From Octopus sinensis (taxonomy: Eukaryota), in assembly GCF_006345805.1 (NCBI RefSeq), contig NC_043007.1, positions 70,680,001-70,744,000 on the forward strand: a stretch of 64,000 bases of DNA, given 5' to 3'. A model generated the notes under the pieces. It was not told where the DNA came from and did no database searches. It saw only the letters and a program-made list of their open reading frames with translations. Shown here in pieces: positions 63,648 through 64,000 of this stretch. How positions within the stretch are numbered: position 1 is the stretch's first letter; each line of letters opens with the position of its first letter. The translations under genes and the position numbers were made by a program.

Positions 63648-64000
63648 TCTCTCTCTATATAAACGGCAGTTTGTCTGTGTGTGTTTCTGTGTGTCTGTTA
63701 GGTTGTACCCTCACCGTGACCACGGCTTTCAACCGATTCTGATGAAACTTGACACACACATAGCCCAATGTCATAATTCAAAACTAACGCAGCGAAAATT
63801 TTGAAAAGTTCCCCCAGTTCTGAAAATAATCGATAAATTCGACATGGGGTCGAGAATCAGAACACAAACCACAGACTGTCTAGGGAACGCAACTCGACCT
63901 TTTTAACTCAAAAAAATTTACCATAATTTTTTTCCCCTTTTTTTGCTATTTTTTGGCTATAACTCTCTAAAAATGCTTATAGTTATTTCCTTACAAACCC
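63648..64000 (+). mobile_element. Non-autonomous Helitron 5' part (runs off window)
   Basis: A|TCTCTCTCTATATAAACGGCAG..GTCTG start like the 2671 copy; ccgattctgatgaaactt block. Confidence 0.65.

Overview
AT-rich, CpG-poor animal genomic DNA made almost entirely of transposable elements and microsatellites. The tRNA-type SINEs, RTE 3' ends with (GAT)n tails and long (AT)n/(ATT)n/(CAT)n arrays resemble an Octopus (coleoid cephalopod) genome; this is inference and was not checked by a search. No intact, identifiable host gene is present. Nearly all ORF-track entries are microsatellite or repeat read-throughs, and only a few low-confidence candidate exons were seen. Retroelements: a near full-length R4/Dong-like restriction-endonuclease LINE (56762-60635) plus four fragments of that clade, most abutting (TAA)n arrays; a ~525-bp non-coding element showing the same (TAA)n association; RTE, BovB-like and CR1 fragments; a Gypsy integrase+PPT+LTR remnant; five SINE families with several clean TSDs; and a Penelope-type fragment with a degenerate hammerhead ribozyme. 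DNA transposons: a 3-kb Academ-like foldback (TAG..CTA ends, GATC TSD, ~570-bp arms), two pogo/Passer (POGK-like BrkDBD) deletion derivatives, a full-length DD36E Tc1 element, DD41D-like, mariner and hAT-Buster fossils, Helitron/HINE non-autonomous elements and a piggyBac-type MITE. Other structure: a 1.6-kb tandem duplication bounded by (AT)n arrays, several long hairpins and a hierarchical 178-bp minisatellite. I found no clearly new biological system. The best leads are the (TAA)n-associated LINE/partner pair, the Academ-like foldback and the DD36E element. Family names are from motif recall, not database searches. Boundaries without a TSD or TIR are approximate (about +/-20 bp).
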